A stretch of 64,000 nt of DNA from Crocinitomicaceae bacterium. Its GTDB lineage: Bacteria > Bacteroidota > Bacteroidia > Flavobacteriales_D > Crocinitomicaceae. The DNA is taken from contig JAWKMJ010000010.1 in assembly GCA_041392305.1 (NCBI GenBank), positions 29,879 through 93,878 of the forward strand, written 5' to 3'. How positions within the stretch are numbered: the first letter of the stretch is position 1; every line of letters begins with the position of its first letter. This document shows, in pieces, positions 46,546 through 56,000 of the stretch. The notes below the pieces were generated by a model, which was not told the DNA's origin, did not search any database, and saw only the letters and a list, made by a program, of their open reading frames with translations. The position numbers were made by a program, and so were the translations under genes.

Positions 46546-47616
46546 ATGATTTCAAACACAGTTTCAATTGACATTCAAAAGGTAGGGAATTCAAGAGTGA
46601 ACGAGATAGATTTCGAAAATCTTCCATTCGGTCGTGAATTTTCGGACCACATGTTTGTCATGGACTATGCTGATGGTAAATGGGGAACTCCGAAGATTAT
46701 TCCTTTTGGAAATATTCAGATTCACCCGGCAACTTCAGCATTGCATTATGGTCAGTCAATTTTCGAAGGAATGAAAGCATATAGAAACAAGGAAAATGAA
46801 GCCTTTTTGTTCAGACCAGACATGAACATTAAAAGAATGAATATTTCTTGTCAAAGAATGTGCATGCCGGAAATTCCTGAGGAAATTTTCATGGAGGCCC
46901 TTAAAACCTTAGTATCTATCGATAAACAATGGATTCCAGACACAGAAGGAGGTTCTTTGTATATCCGTCCATTCATGTTCGCAACTGACGAATATGTTGG
47001 GATTAAACCATCAGACAATTACAGATTCATGATCTTCACTTGTCCTGTAGGAGGGTATTATAGTACTCCAGTGAAAGTAAAACTGGAAAGACATTATACT
47101 AGAGCGGCTCGAGGTGGAGTAGGGCAGGCAAAAACTGCCGGAAACTACGCGGCATCTCTTTATCCGGCTAAATTAGCTCAGCAACAAGGATATCATCAAT
47201 TGTTGTGGACTGATGGTCTTTCGCACGAATACATTGAAGAGTCAGGAACAATGAATGTTTGCTTCATGATTAATGGCAAGCTGATCACTCCTTCAGAGGA
47301 TTCAGATACTATTTTGAAAGGAATCACCAAAAGATCTGTAATTGAGATCGCTAAAAGCTGGGGAGTAGAAGTGGAAGAAAGACCTGTAAAGGTTGCTGAA
47401 GTAATTGAGGCAATCGAGAATGGTAGTCTTACCGAAATGTTTGGTGCTGGTACTGCTGCAACAATTGCTCACATCGAAATCCTTGGAGTAGAAGGTAGAG
47501 ATTATGTTTTACCTGCAATCGAAGGAAGAGAATTTTCAAATAAAGTAAATGATTATTTGACGAATTTGAAAAAAGGAAAAATTGAAGATCCATTTAATTG
47601 GAATATTAAGCTATAA
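46546..47616 (+). CDS. ilvE: branched-chain amino acid aminotransferase (class IV)
   Basis: 356 aa. HYGQSIFEGMKAY, GVGQAKTAGNYAAS and EESGTMNV motifs. Confidence 0.9.
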   Translation: MISNTVSIDIQKVGNSRVNEIDFENLPFGREFSDHMFVMDYADGKWGTPKIIPFGNIQIHPATSALHYGQSIFEGMKAYRNKENEAFLFRPDMNIKRMNISCQRMCMPEIPEEIFMEALKTLVSIDKQWIPDTEGGSLYIRPFMFATDEYVGIKPSDNYRFMIFTCPVGGYYSTPVKVKLERHYTRAARGGVGQAKTAGNYAASLYPAKLAQQQGYHQLLWTDGLSHEYIEESGTMNVCFMINGKLITPSEDSDTILKGITKRSVIEIAKSWGVEVEERPVKVAEVIEAIENGSLTEMFGAGTAATIAHIEILGVEGRDYVLPAIEGREFSNKVNDYLTNLKKGKIEDPFNWNIKL

Positions 47617-47642
47617 AGAAAACCTGGAAACAGAAATAAAAG

Positions 47643-47668
47643 CCGTCTCATTCAGACGGTTTTTTTTT
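47643..47668 (+). terminator. intrinsic terminator after ilvE
   Basis: CCGTCT-CATTC-AGACGG followed by T9. Confidence 0.8.
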
Positions 47669-47718
47669 GACTAAATTTATGGAACGGGTGATTTATTTTC
47701 ATCCCAACAAAAAGGCTT

Positions 47719-48504
47719 TTGATGAAATATGTTTTCACTTTATCGCTTCTGTCATGTCTGCAAATTCTGCTGAGTCAGGATTTTGCCAATGAATTTATTT
47801 ATGAAACGAACGACCATAAGCAAGCCCTTAAAGAGATGAAGGTGGCTCAAATGACTTGCTTGCATGAAAAATATGAAGAGGGTGTAGTTGTAGAGAGTTA
47901 TATCTCAGAAGTATATGATATCGATGCCTCAGGAAAGATTGTCAGGTTTGATGATAAAAGTTCGATAATTGATTTTGAAGAAAAATGGATTGAGCAATAT
48001 TTTTACGATGAACAAGGACGATTAATTAAAGTCATCTACGAGTTTGAAGAAGAAAGCAGACCACCAGAAATTGAAGAAACACACTACGCTTATAGAAAGG
48101 ATGGGTTACTGGATTCCATGTGTGAATTTGCTGTTGTAAACAATTATCTCCAATTGAATGAATGCACTTATTTTCATTACCATGAGGGTTTATTAACTCA
48201 TACAACAAATGAAGAAGGAGATACCCTAGAAAGAGTAGAGTTTGTAGATAACAACGTTTATAAATTTCATGGTACTTACTCTGTTGTTACCTATAACAAT
48301 GGAGATCCTGTTAAGAGAGAATTTGATGATGGCCACTCCTGGGAATACCAATTTAAAAATGGAATTATACAACGATCTGAAAGGAAAGATCAAGATATTT
48401 ATACAGAATTTAATTACGATAAAAATGGTCTTCCTAAAGAGTTTAAATTATTTAAGGGCGGGGTTTTGGACTATAAAGAAACTTATAGTTACAAATATTA
48501 TTAA
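47719..48504 (+). CDS. hypothetical secreted protein with YD/RHS-like short repeats
   Basis: 261 aa with a signal peptide. Recurrent Y-x-Y-D/E-x-x-G-x-L segments (YFYDEQGRLIKVIYEF, YAYRKDGLLDSM, FNYDKNGLPKEF). Confidence 0.5.
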   Translation: MMKYVFTLSLLSCLQILLSQDFANEFIYETNDHKQALKEMKVAQMTCLHEKYEEGVVVESYISEVYDIDASGKIVRFDDKSSIIDFEEKWIEQYFYDEQGRLIKVIYEFEEESRPPEIEETHYAYRKDGLLDSMCEFAVVNNYLQLNECTYFHYHEGLLTHTTNEEGDTLERVEFVDNNVYKFHGTYSVVTYNNGDPVKREFDDGHSWEYQFKNGIIQRSERKDQDIYTEFNYDKNGLPKEFKLFKGGVLDYKETYSYKYY

Positions 48505-48561
48505 GTAGCAAAATAGGAATTATATTTATCTGTAATTAGAAATTGTAAAACCTATCCGAAA

Positions 48562-49101
48562 ATGAAAGTTGAATTGATGAATTGGTCGTCTAAAAGTATC
48601 GCTTTTAAGAAAACCGTATACTTGATATTACTTACTATCTCAGTAATAATTCTATTTCTTTTATTATCAATTTCGATGGAATTACCTAAATACATCAAGA
48701 CCATAATTGTCTTTTTCTTCTTTGGATTAATTGCGTTTGTAACATTCAATTATTTAGAATTGTCTAGTGTAAAAGAAAAGGTGAGGGAATGGATAATGCT
48801 TTTTGTTGTTTTGGGCTCTGGGGTAGGAATCGGATTAACAGATCAGTATTTTAAAGAAGAAGCACTTTTGAAAAATGGAGAATATACATATGGTATTGTG
48901 ATTTCAAAAAAAGTTGATTTAGAAAATACCGAAAGGATTTTATGTGAATTCAAATATCAAGGCAAAGATTATCAAACCTATTGGATTGCTTTAGCTGATG
49001 ACGAAGATTATGTTGTTGGTGATACTATAGCAATATATTTTGATTCTTCAAATCCGGAAGTTTCTATGGTTATAGAAGTGGAAAATTTTATATTTAACTG
49101 A
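48562..49101 (+). CDS. hypothetical membrane protein (DUF3592-like C-terminal half)
   Basis: 179 aa with 3-4 TM segments, then GEYTYGIVISKK...CEFKYQGKDYQ, which resembles DUF3592. Confidence 0.45.
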   Translation: MKVELMNWSSKSIAFKKTVYLILLTISVIILFLLLSISMELPKYIKTIIVFFFFGLIAFVTFNYLELSSVKEKVREWIMLFVVLGSGVGIGLTDQYFKEEALLKNGEYTYGIVISKKVDLENTERILCEFKYQGKDYQTYWIALADDEDYVVGDTIAIYFDSSNPEVSMVIEVENFIFN

Positions 49102-49123
49102 ATTTCCATAAATAGGATCAGAT

Positions 49124-50872
49124 TTGAAAATTAGATTTACTAGCAATAAAGATTTTTATCCATTCCTTATAGTTTTTATATGTATCTGGATAATAATTCT
49201 GATCCGAGTTTTCACTGTTCCCTTAATTTACGACGAAATCCACACCAAGTGGATTTATATGATTGAATACAATCCCTTGCCTTATATGGGATATGTAGAT
49301 GCAAACAATCACTTTCTCAACAGCTTAATTGGTGGGCTTTTGATTCGGATTACGGGTTCTGATGCGGACTGGGTAATTCGGTTGGCGAGTGTTATGGCTT
49401 TTCCAATCTATTTCTGGAGTGTTTATGCTTTCCGAAAGTTCTTCCAGAATAAGTCTTCGTTTTATCTTTTCATGACTGTGTTTTGCGGAACCATGTTTCT
49501 TCTGGATTATTTTAATTTGGCACGAGGATATGGGCTTTCCCTAGCTTTCTTAATGTTAGGCCTTCAGCAGTCATTTGATTATATCTATGAACCAACAAAT
49601 AAAAAGCCATACATTATATCCATAGCTTGGTTTTTAGCTGTTTTTTCAAATCTAACTCTCATACCATTTGCTTTGATTGGATTAGGTTATATGCTTCTTT
49701 TCCAAATGAAAAATAAGAAGTACTGGTCTATGATTCCTCTCTTATTGATTCTGATGCCACTACTATATTTAATTCAATATTCTCTGCATCTAAAAGAAAT
49801 AGGGAAGTTGTACTACGGTGGTCAAGATGGTTTTTATGAAAACACTGTAAATTCTTTAGCAAATTATGTTTGGGAACCCTGGACGTATTTGAACTGGATT
49901 TTTGTTTCTTTAGTGTTTATCCTCTCCGTCATCGTTTTGATCAAAGTGCTAGCTAAAAATTGGAATGTTTTTGATTTAAAATTGATATTCCCTGGATTAT
50001 TGATCCTAGCAGTGGCGAATATCTTATTGCAACATTATCTTTTGGGAATCAATTTTCCAGAAGATCGTTCAGCACTTTATTTGTTGGTCTTCTTTTTTGG
50101 CGCATTGGTTTTTACAATTGATTATTTCAAAATACCTTATGTATCTTATTCTTTGATTTTTCCTAGTCTGATTTTATTTGGATTTAAAGTCAATTTTACC
50201 CATTCGACTTTCTGGAGTTACGAGCATTTTGATAAGGAACTTCTTACCAAAATGGAACCTGAAATACAGGGGGCTCCTCCCACAACTGGAGGTCGGTTCT
50301 GGACCATGGATAATGAATTAACCAGAACAACCAACATTCCAGGAAGGGTATTGCAGGATGTCCATTTTCCTCAGGATACCATTCTTGATTATTTGGTTTT
50401 AAACAAAGGGGTTTTGCCAGAAGTGCATTCAGGTCTTTACGAGCGAATTCATGAAGATCCGATTTCAAAAATTCAATTGTTCAAAAGAAAGAACTTTCTA
50501 AATCGTCAATTTGTCGAATCAAAAGAATTTAATTTCGACACAGTCGAAGAGTTTATTGGAGTATTTAATCGAATTCCGGAAGGAACCTATATTATCAGAG
50601 TTAAAGGTCATTTGGAGGAGATGAATATCCATAGAAGACCCTTGCTTGTAGTTAGTTTAGACGATAATAAAAAAAGCCAGAACTATACGTATCTGGCTTA
50701 TAATTTTGTTGAATCTCTTCCGATTAATGAATCAAAGCAAATTCACTTTGATCTTACATTTGGTGTTAACCAATTCCCTGAAGCCAACTCACTGAGTGTC
50801 TATTTTTGGAATACTAAAAAATTCCAATTGAAAGGGAAGGGGATTGTCGAGATCTATGAAATCGTAAATTGA
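49124..50872 (+). CDS. large polytopic membrane protein, possibly an ArnT/PMT-like glycosyltransferase
   Basis: 582 aa with a TTG start. About 10 N-terminal TM helices plus a soluble C-terminal domain of about 220 aa. The family assignment is tentative. Confidence 0.45.
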   Translation: MKIRFTSNKDFYPFLIVFICIWIIILIRVFTVPLIYDEIHTKWIYMIEYNPLPYMGYVDANNHFLNSLIGGLLIRITGSDADWVIRLASVMAFPIYFWSVYAFRKFFQNKSSFYLFMTVFCGTMFLLDYFNLARGYGLSLAFLMLGLQQSFDYIYEPTNKKPYIISIAWFLAVFSNLTLIPFALIGLGYMLLFQMKNKKYWSMIPLLLILMPLLYLIQYSLHLKEIGKLYYGGQDGFYENTVNSLANYVWEPWTYLNWIFVSLVFILSVIVLIKVLAKNWNVFDLKLIFPGLLILAVANILLQHYLLGINFPEDRSALYLLVFFFGALVFTIDYFKIPYVSYSLIFPSLILFGFKVNFTHSTFWSYEHFDKELLTKMEPEIQGAPPTTGGRFWTMDNELTRTTNIPGRVLQDVHFPQDTILDYLVLNKGVLPEVHSGLYERIHEDPISKIQLFKRKNFLNRQFVESKEFNFDTVEEFIGVFNRIPEGTYIIRVKGHLEEMNIHRRPLLVVSLDDNKKSQNYTYLAYNFVESLPINESKQIHFDLTFGVNQFPEANSLSVYFWNTKKFQLKGKGIVEIYEIVN

Positions 50873-50873
50873 A

Positions 50874-51968
50874 TTACGATCTCCCTAGTTTCTTCAACAT
50901 TTTACCATGTTCAATAATTGCCTTTGCAAAAGTTGGTTGACTGTTATACGGTAAATTGAATTCCTGTGCAGTCTCTTTCACAATTTTAGACAATTTTTTG
51001 TAATGAATGTGGCAAATGTGAGGGAACAAATGATGCTCAATTTGATAATTTAACCCACCAACAAACCAGTAAAAAAGTCTTGATTTTGGAGCGAAATTAC
51101 ATGTTGTATGTAATTGATGCTCTAACATGGAATTTTCTATCTTCCCATCTTCTTTAGGAAGGGGATACATAGCATCTTCCATTACGTGTGCTGGTTGGAA
51201 AATGATAGATAGAATAAATCCACTAATGTATTGCATCATCACAAATAACAATAAAGTTGACCACCAAGGAATGTCTAAAACAAGCATTGGAACTACTAGC
51301 ATGTAGCTAAAGAAAAAGATTTTACCAATAATTAACTCAGTCAACATCTGGCCATATTTTTTGTTTTGAGTGTTTATAACACCGGATTTTTTGTAATGCC
51401 ACAGTTGTCTGATATCCCTGTGAGGTAAACACCAAACCAAAGTCATAAACCCATAAAAAAACCAAGCATAAATATGTTGAAATCTATGAGCTTTGTACTT
51501 TTTCTTATGCGGAGAAAATCGCAATAAAAATTCAGGAGCATTAATGTCATCATCCATTCCATCAACATTTGTGTAGGTATGGTGCATTACATTGTGTTGA
51601 AGTACCCAATTGTCTTTATTTCCACCGAGCATATTCATTGAGTAGCTCATGATAGTATTAATCCAAGGAATTTTTGAGAAAGTTCCATGACATGCATCGT
51701 GCATTACTGATAAACCAATTCCTGCCATTCCAACTCCCATAGTTGCATACAGTCCTACTATTATCCAAATATTTGTAAACCCACCTAACACCAAAAAGAA
51801 ATAAGGAGTTAAGTAAAGAGCAAACATAAAGAGTGCTTTTAGGTACATACGATAGTTTCCATACTTGGAAATCTTATTTTCTTTAAAGTAGTTTGAAACT
51901 CTTTCGTTCAACGTTAAAACGAAATCTGATTTTTTCTGTGCTGAAAACTTTACACTTTTAATATCCAT
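50874..51968 (-). CDS. membrane fatty-acid desaturase
   Basis: Three histidine boxes (HDACHG, HNVMHH, QIEHHLFP). I prefer ATG 51968 because the GTG at 51992 used by the track overlaps a -7 box. Confidence 0.8.
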   Translation of the reverse strand: MDIKSVKFSAQKKSDFVLTLNERVSNYFKENKISKYGNYRMYLKALFMFALYLTPYFFLVLGGFTNIWIIVGLYATMGVGMAGIGLSVMHDACHGTFSKIPWINTIMSYSMNMLGGNKDNWVLQHNVMHHTYTNVDGMDDDINAPEFLLRFSPHKKKYKAHRFQHIYAWFFYGFMTLVWCLPHRDIRQLWHYKKSGVINTQNKKYGQMLTELIIGKIFFFSYMLVVPMLVLDIPWWSTLLLFVMMQYISGFILSIIFQPAHVMEDAMYPLPKEDGKIENSMLEHQLHTTCNFAPKSRLFYWFVGGLNYQIEHHLFPHICHIHYKKLSKIVKETAQEFNLPYNSQPTFAKAIIEHGKMLKKLGRS

Positions 51969-51991
51969 AAATTCAATTTTTCGATAATCCA

Positions 51992-51999
51992 CAAAAATA
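51992..51999 (-). promoter_or_regulatory. -7 box TATTTTTG (minus strand) for the desaturase
   Basis: The reverse complement of CAAAAATA matches TAnnTTTG, 23 nt upstream of ATG 51968. Confidence 0.35.
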
Positions 52000-52120
52000 A
52001 CAGTAGGTGAAATTCATCGATTTTCACAAAAATACGACTAATTCTTTATTTACTTCAATCAAAATTCTGATTTTCGACATAAACGGGTATGATTTAGATA
52101 AAAAAACATGAAATTGTTAA

Positions 52121-52128
52121 TATCTTTG
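52121..52128 (+). promoter_or_regulatory. -7 box TATCTTTG upstream of the structured RNA candidate
   Basis: Exact TAnnTTTG match, about 57 nt before the first helix at 52185. Confidence 0.35.
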
Positions 52129-52184
52129 TATCACTCTTCCACTATCAGAGATATAGATTGAGAAGACATCCTGTTAATCAGGAG

Positions 52185-52360
52185 CCCATGTAAGCATTTT
52201 TGAAAACTTAACACTTTTTTATTTGAGACCTCACTCGGAAGAACGATGGCAGGCCTCATCCTTCGGGAGTTGTTTACAACCAGTGGACGTCAGAACTTTT
52301 TCGGAAGTCTCATACATGTCGTTTCGAAGTTTTTCGAAATCTCTCTTACATGGGTTTTTT
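52185..52360 (+). ncRNA. candidate structured small RNA, rod-like fold with a central bubble (6S-like), unclassified
   Basis: CCCATGTAAG (52185-94) pairs with CTTACATGGG (52345-54) and is followed by T6. A second 14-position helix pairs 52196-209 with 52327-340. A symmetric 14/14-nt internal loop follows. A third helix pairs TGAGAC (52224-29) with GTCTCA (52307-12). There is no ORF. Confidence 0.45.
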
Positions 52361-52459
52361 CTTTAATCGAATTTAAGCGGATATAAATATTTAAATGAGT
52401 ATTTATTCTAATTCTTAGAGTTTTCTTTGCATCATCTTAATCACTTAAAAAATATAAAA

Positions 52460-52798
52460 ATGAGTAACATTCGAAACAGGGTCATCCTGATAGGGAGAAC
52501 AGGTAAAGAAACAGAAGTACTTGACCTTAAAAATGAAAAGAAATTGGCAAAAGTTTCCCTGGCAACAAACGATTTCTATTACAATGCAGAAGGGGAAAAA
52601 GTAGAAGATACCCAATGGCATAATTTGGTAATGTTTGGTAAAACGGCAGAATTGGCCGAAAAATTCGTTAAAAAAGGTCAAAAATTGGCTATTGATGGGA
52701 AGCTTGTGAATCGTTCCTATGAAACAAAGGAAGGTGAGAAAAAGTTTATAACTGAGGTACATGTCAATGAACTAGAGTTTTTAGACCGAGCTAACTAA
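52460..52798 (+). CDS. ssb: single-stranded DNA-binding protein (short, OB-fold only)
   Basis: 112 aa from ATG 52460. NRVILIGRTGKETEV...TQWHNLVMFGKTAELAEKFVKKG...GKLVNRSYE is the SSB OB-fold pattern. There is no acidic C-terminal tip. Confidence 0.8.
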   Translation: MSNIRNRVILIGRTGKETEVLDLKNEKKLAKVSLATNDFYYNAEGEKVEDTQWHNLVMFGKTAELAEKFVKKGQKLAIDGKLVNRSYETKEGEKKFITEVHVNELEFLDRAN

Positions 52799-52823
52799 AT
52801 AATGTTGAAATTTCGAACCCACG

Positions 52824-52855
52824 GCTGACTCCATTTAAAAGGGGTCAGCTTTTTT
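52824..52855 (+). terminator. intrinsic terminator after ssb
   Basis: GCTGACTCC / GGGGTCAGC 9-bp stem (one G-U) followed by TTTTTT. Confidence 0.75.
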
Positions 52856-53031
52856 GCGTTTTGGATAAAATAAAAATCTAAAAAATACTTCTAATGTGTT
52901 TTAAAACGATTTAACTCTTGACCTGCCAAATTCTGGTTTTTATAGTCATTTTTTTTTAAGATATTTGTTTATTGTATTAAAATGAACTTTTAAAGTATCT
53001 AAATGTACAGTTGTGCATTATAGCTATAGAA

Positions 53032-56000
53032 ATGAGGAATTTGTTGTTCATATTCGCCCTTGTTTTATCTGCAGGGTTGTTTGCTCAAGAAGGAGTGATT
53101 CACTTCACTGGTGCTGTTAAAGACTTGGATGGCAATAAAAAGCTGGCAGGTGTAAAAGTAACGGCCACGAGTGGTGGGGCTGTGGTAAAATCGGTTAGTA
53201 CTTCTGGAGGAGGTTCATTTGATTTTACTTTAGCAATAGGTAAATCCTATAAGGTTGAGTTCGAGAAATCTGGTTATGTCAGTAAGTACATCTTAATAGA
53301 TACAAAAAATGTAAATCCTGATGATTTAATTCAAGGCCAGTCTGGATTTCAGTTTGAAATCACAATTTTCCAAACTGTCGAAGGGGTTGATTTCTCTTTC
53401 TTAAAAAGTAATCCGGTTGCAGATTATTCCTGGGATGAGCAGCAAGGGTATATGTTGTTTGATGAAAAGCAAATGCGCACTGTAAAGGACAAGATTCAAG
53501 ATAAAATTGAAGAAATGAATGCTCTGAAAGCCCAAGAAGAAATGAAGGTTAAAAACTTCAATAAGCTTGTGGCTGAAGGAGATAAGTCTTTTAGTAAAGA
53601 AGATTATGAAATGGCCTTGCAAAAGTACCAAGAGGCAAAAGCACTAATTCCAGATGATCCCACAATCTTAATTAAAGTCAAAGAAGCTGAACAAAAATTA
53701 AATGAAAAAAAGCAAAAAGAGCAGTTAGCAAAAGTTGAAGAGGAATATCAGGCAGCAATAAAAGCTGGAGAAAGTGCATTTAGCGGTAAAAATTATCAAG
53801 AGGCATTAAATCAATATAGCAAGGCTGCGCAATTGAAACCTAATGAGCAATTACCAACAAATAAAATCATTGAGATTGAGGAAATCCTGAAGAAATTAAA
53901 AGCAGATCAAGATGCCAAAGAAAAACTTGAAAAGGAATACCAAAACCTGATCACAGCTGGTGATAATCTTTTTAATGCGAAGGATTATGAAAATGCCAAA
54001 AGTAAATTTCAGGAAGCTTTGAAATTAAAAGCGGGAGAAAAGTATCCTGCAGATAAAATCAGTGCAATTGATGCTCTGTTGAAAGATCAGGCCGCTAATG
54101 CTGAAAAAGAGGCGAAGTATAAGCAATTGATGGATGAAGCAGAAGGATTGTTTGGAGCAAAGAATTACGCTGACGCCCGTTCTAAATTTCAAGAGGCCTC
54201 TAATATAAAGCCAGCAGAATCCCTTCCAAAAAGTAAAATAGCTGAAATTGATGAAATACTGAACAAACTTAAGGAGGAGCAAGCTCTAGAGGAAAAGTAC
54301 AAGAAACTCGTTGCAGATGGAGATAATTTGTTTGGTCAACAAAACTATGATGAAGCAAAAAAGAAGTTTCAAGAGGCATTGGTAGTAAAGTCTGAAGAAA
54401 AATACCCAAAAGATAAAATTGCAGAGATTGATAAAAAACTGGAGGAATTAAAAAATCAAAAGGCTCAGCAAGAGCAGTACGACAATTTTATAAGTGGAGC
54501 AGACCAGTTATTTGAAGCAAAAAAATATCAGGAGGCTAAGGATAAATATAATTTGGCCCTAGGAATTAAGCAGAACGCAGCTTATCCGATCGCTCAAATA
54601 AAGAAGTGCGATGATGAATTGAAAAAAATAGAAGATGCTGCCGCTTTTGATAAAAAATATGAGCAAGTTTTGGCTGATGCGGAAAACTTGTTTAATCAAA
54701 AGAAATACGAAGAATCAAAAAAGAAGTACCAAGAAGCTCTAAGTTTAAAGCCTACTGAAAAACGACCTGAGGCTCAAATTGCAATTATTGATAAACTACT
54801 TAAAGAAATAGAAGATCAAAAAGCAATTGAAGAAAGTTATAAGAAGGCAATTTCGGAAGCTGATGAACTATTGAGCTCCAAAGATTATAATAATGCAAAA
54901 GCAAAATATCTTGAAGCTCAAAAAATTAAACCAGGAGAGGCATATCCGGGGCAAAAAATACAAGAAATTGACCTAATACTTTTGAAAGAAGCAGAGAACA
55001 ATAAGCTTGAAGGACAATATCAAGCTCTAGTTAAAGAAGCAGATGCCTTTTTTGATCAAGAAAAATGGAATGAGGCGAAGTCCAAATATATGGACGCTTT
55101 GAAAATTAAAAAAGATGAAAAGTACCCTCAACAAAGAATTGATCTAATTGCTCAGAAAATCATTCAAGCTGAAGAAGCTAAGCAGAGAGAAGAGCAATAC
55201 AATAAACTGATCAAAATTGGAGATGATATGTTTGTTGCTGGTTCCTTCGAAGACGCGAAGAAAAAATATGAGGAAGCACTTAAAATTAGGCCCAATGAGG
55301 TACATCCAACTAATCGTATAAAAGAAATCAATGATAAATTGGCAAGCAAATTACAAGCTGCAGAAAAGGAAGAACTATACAAAAAATTGGTAGCCGATGC
55401 GGATAAATTGTTTTCAGAAAAAAAATACAATGAAGCAAAATCGAAATACAACGAGGCACTGTCGGTGAAAGCAAATGAACCTTATCCTACCGATAAAATT
55501 CAGGAAATCAACAATCTTTTAAAGGATCTTCAAGCCGATCAAGCAAATCTGGAAGCATATAAAAAAGTGATTTCAGATGCAGATAAATTGTACTCAGATC
55601 AAAAATATTCAGATGCAATTAATAAATACAAAGAAGCATTGAGCATTCGCCAAAATGAAAATTATCCTCAAGATCAAATCAAAAAGATCACCGAGTTAAT
55701 GAAAAGCGAGGAGGCTGCCAAAAATGATGAGCAATACAATAAAATTTTGAAGGTTGCAGACAAATACTTCGGTGAAAAAAATTACGATAAAGCGATAGAA
55801 TTGTATAATCGAGCTCTTACTTTTAAACCACAAGAAGAATATCCTAGACAGAAACTCAAAGAGATTGAAGACTTAAAAGTAAAGAACGCTGAAGAACAGG
55901 CCAAACTTGCTGAATTGGACAAAAAATATAAAGAATTAGTGGCTGAAGGGGATCAAGGATTTACCTCAAATAATCTTGATTTTGCCAAATCTAAATATCA

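Noticed and set aside
52185-52360. SRP (4.5S) RNA, RNase P RNA or tmRNA identity for the structured RNA candidate.
   Set aside because: There is a loose resemblance (GTTTACAACCAGTGGACGTCAG versus the E. coli 4.5S GUUUACCAGGUCAG). However, there is no GNRA-capped helix 8 with symmetric and asymmetric loops, no RNase P GAGGAAAGTCC-type core, and no tRNA-like acceptor/T-arm end.
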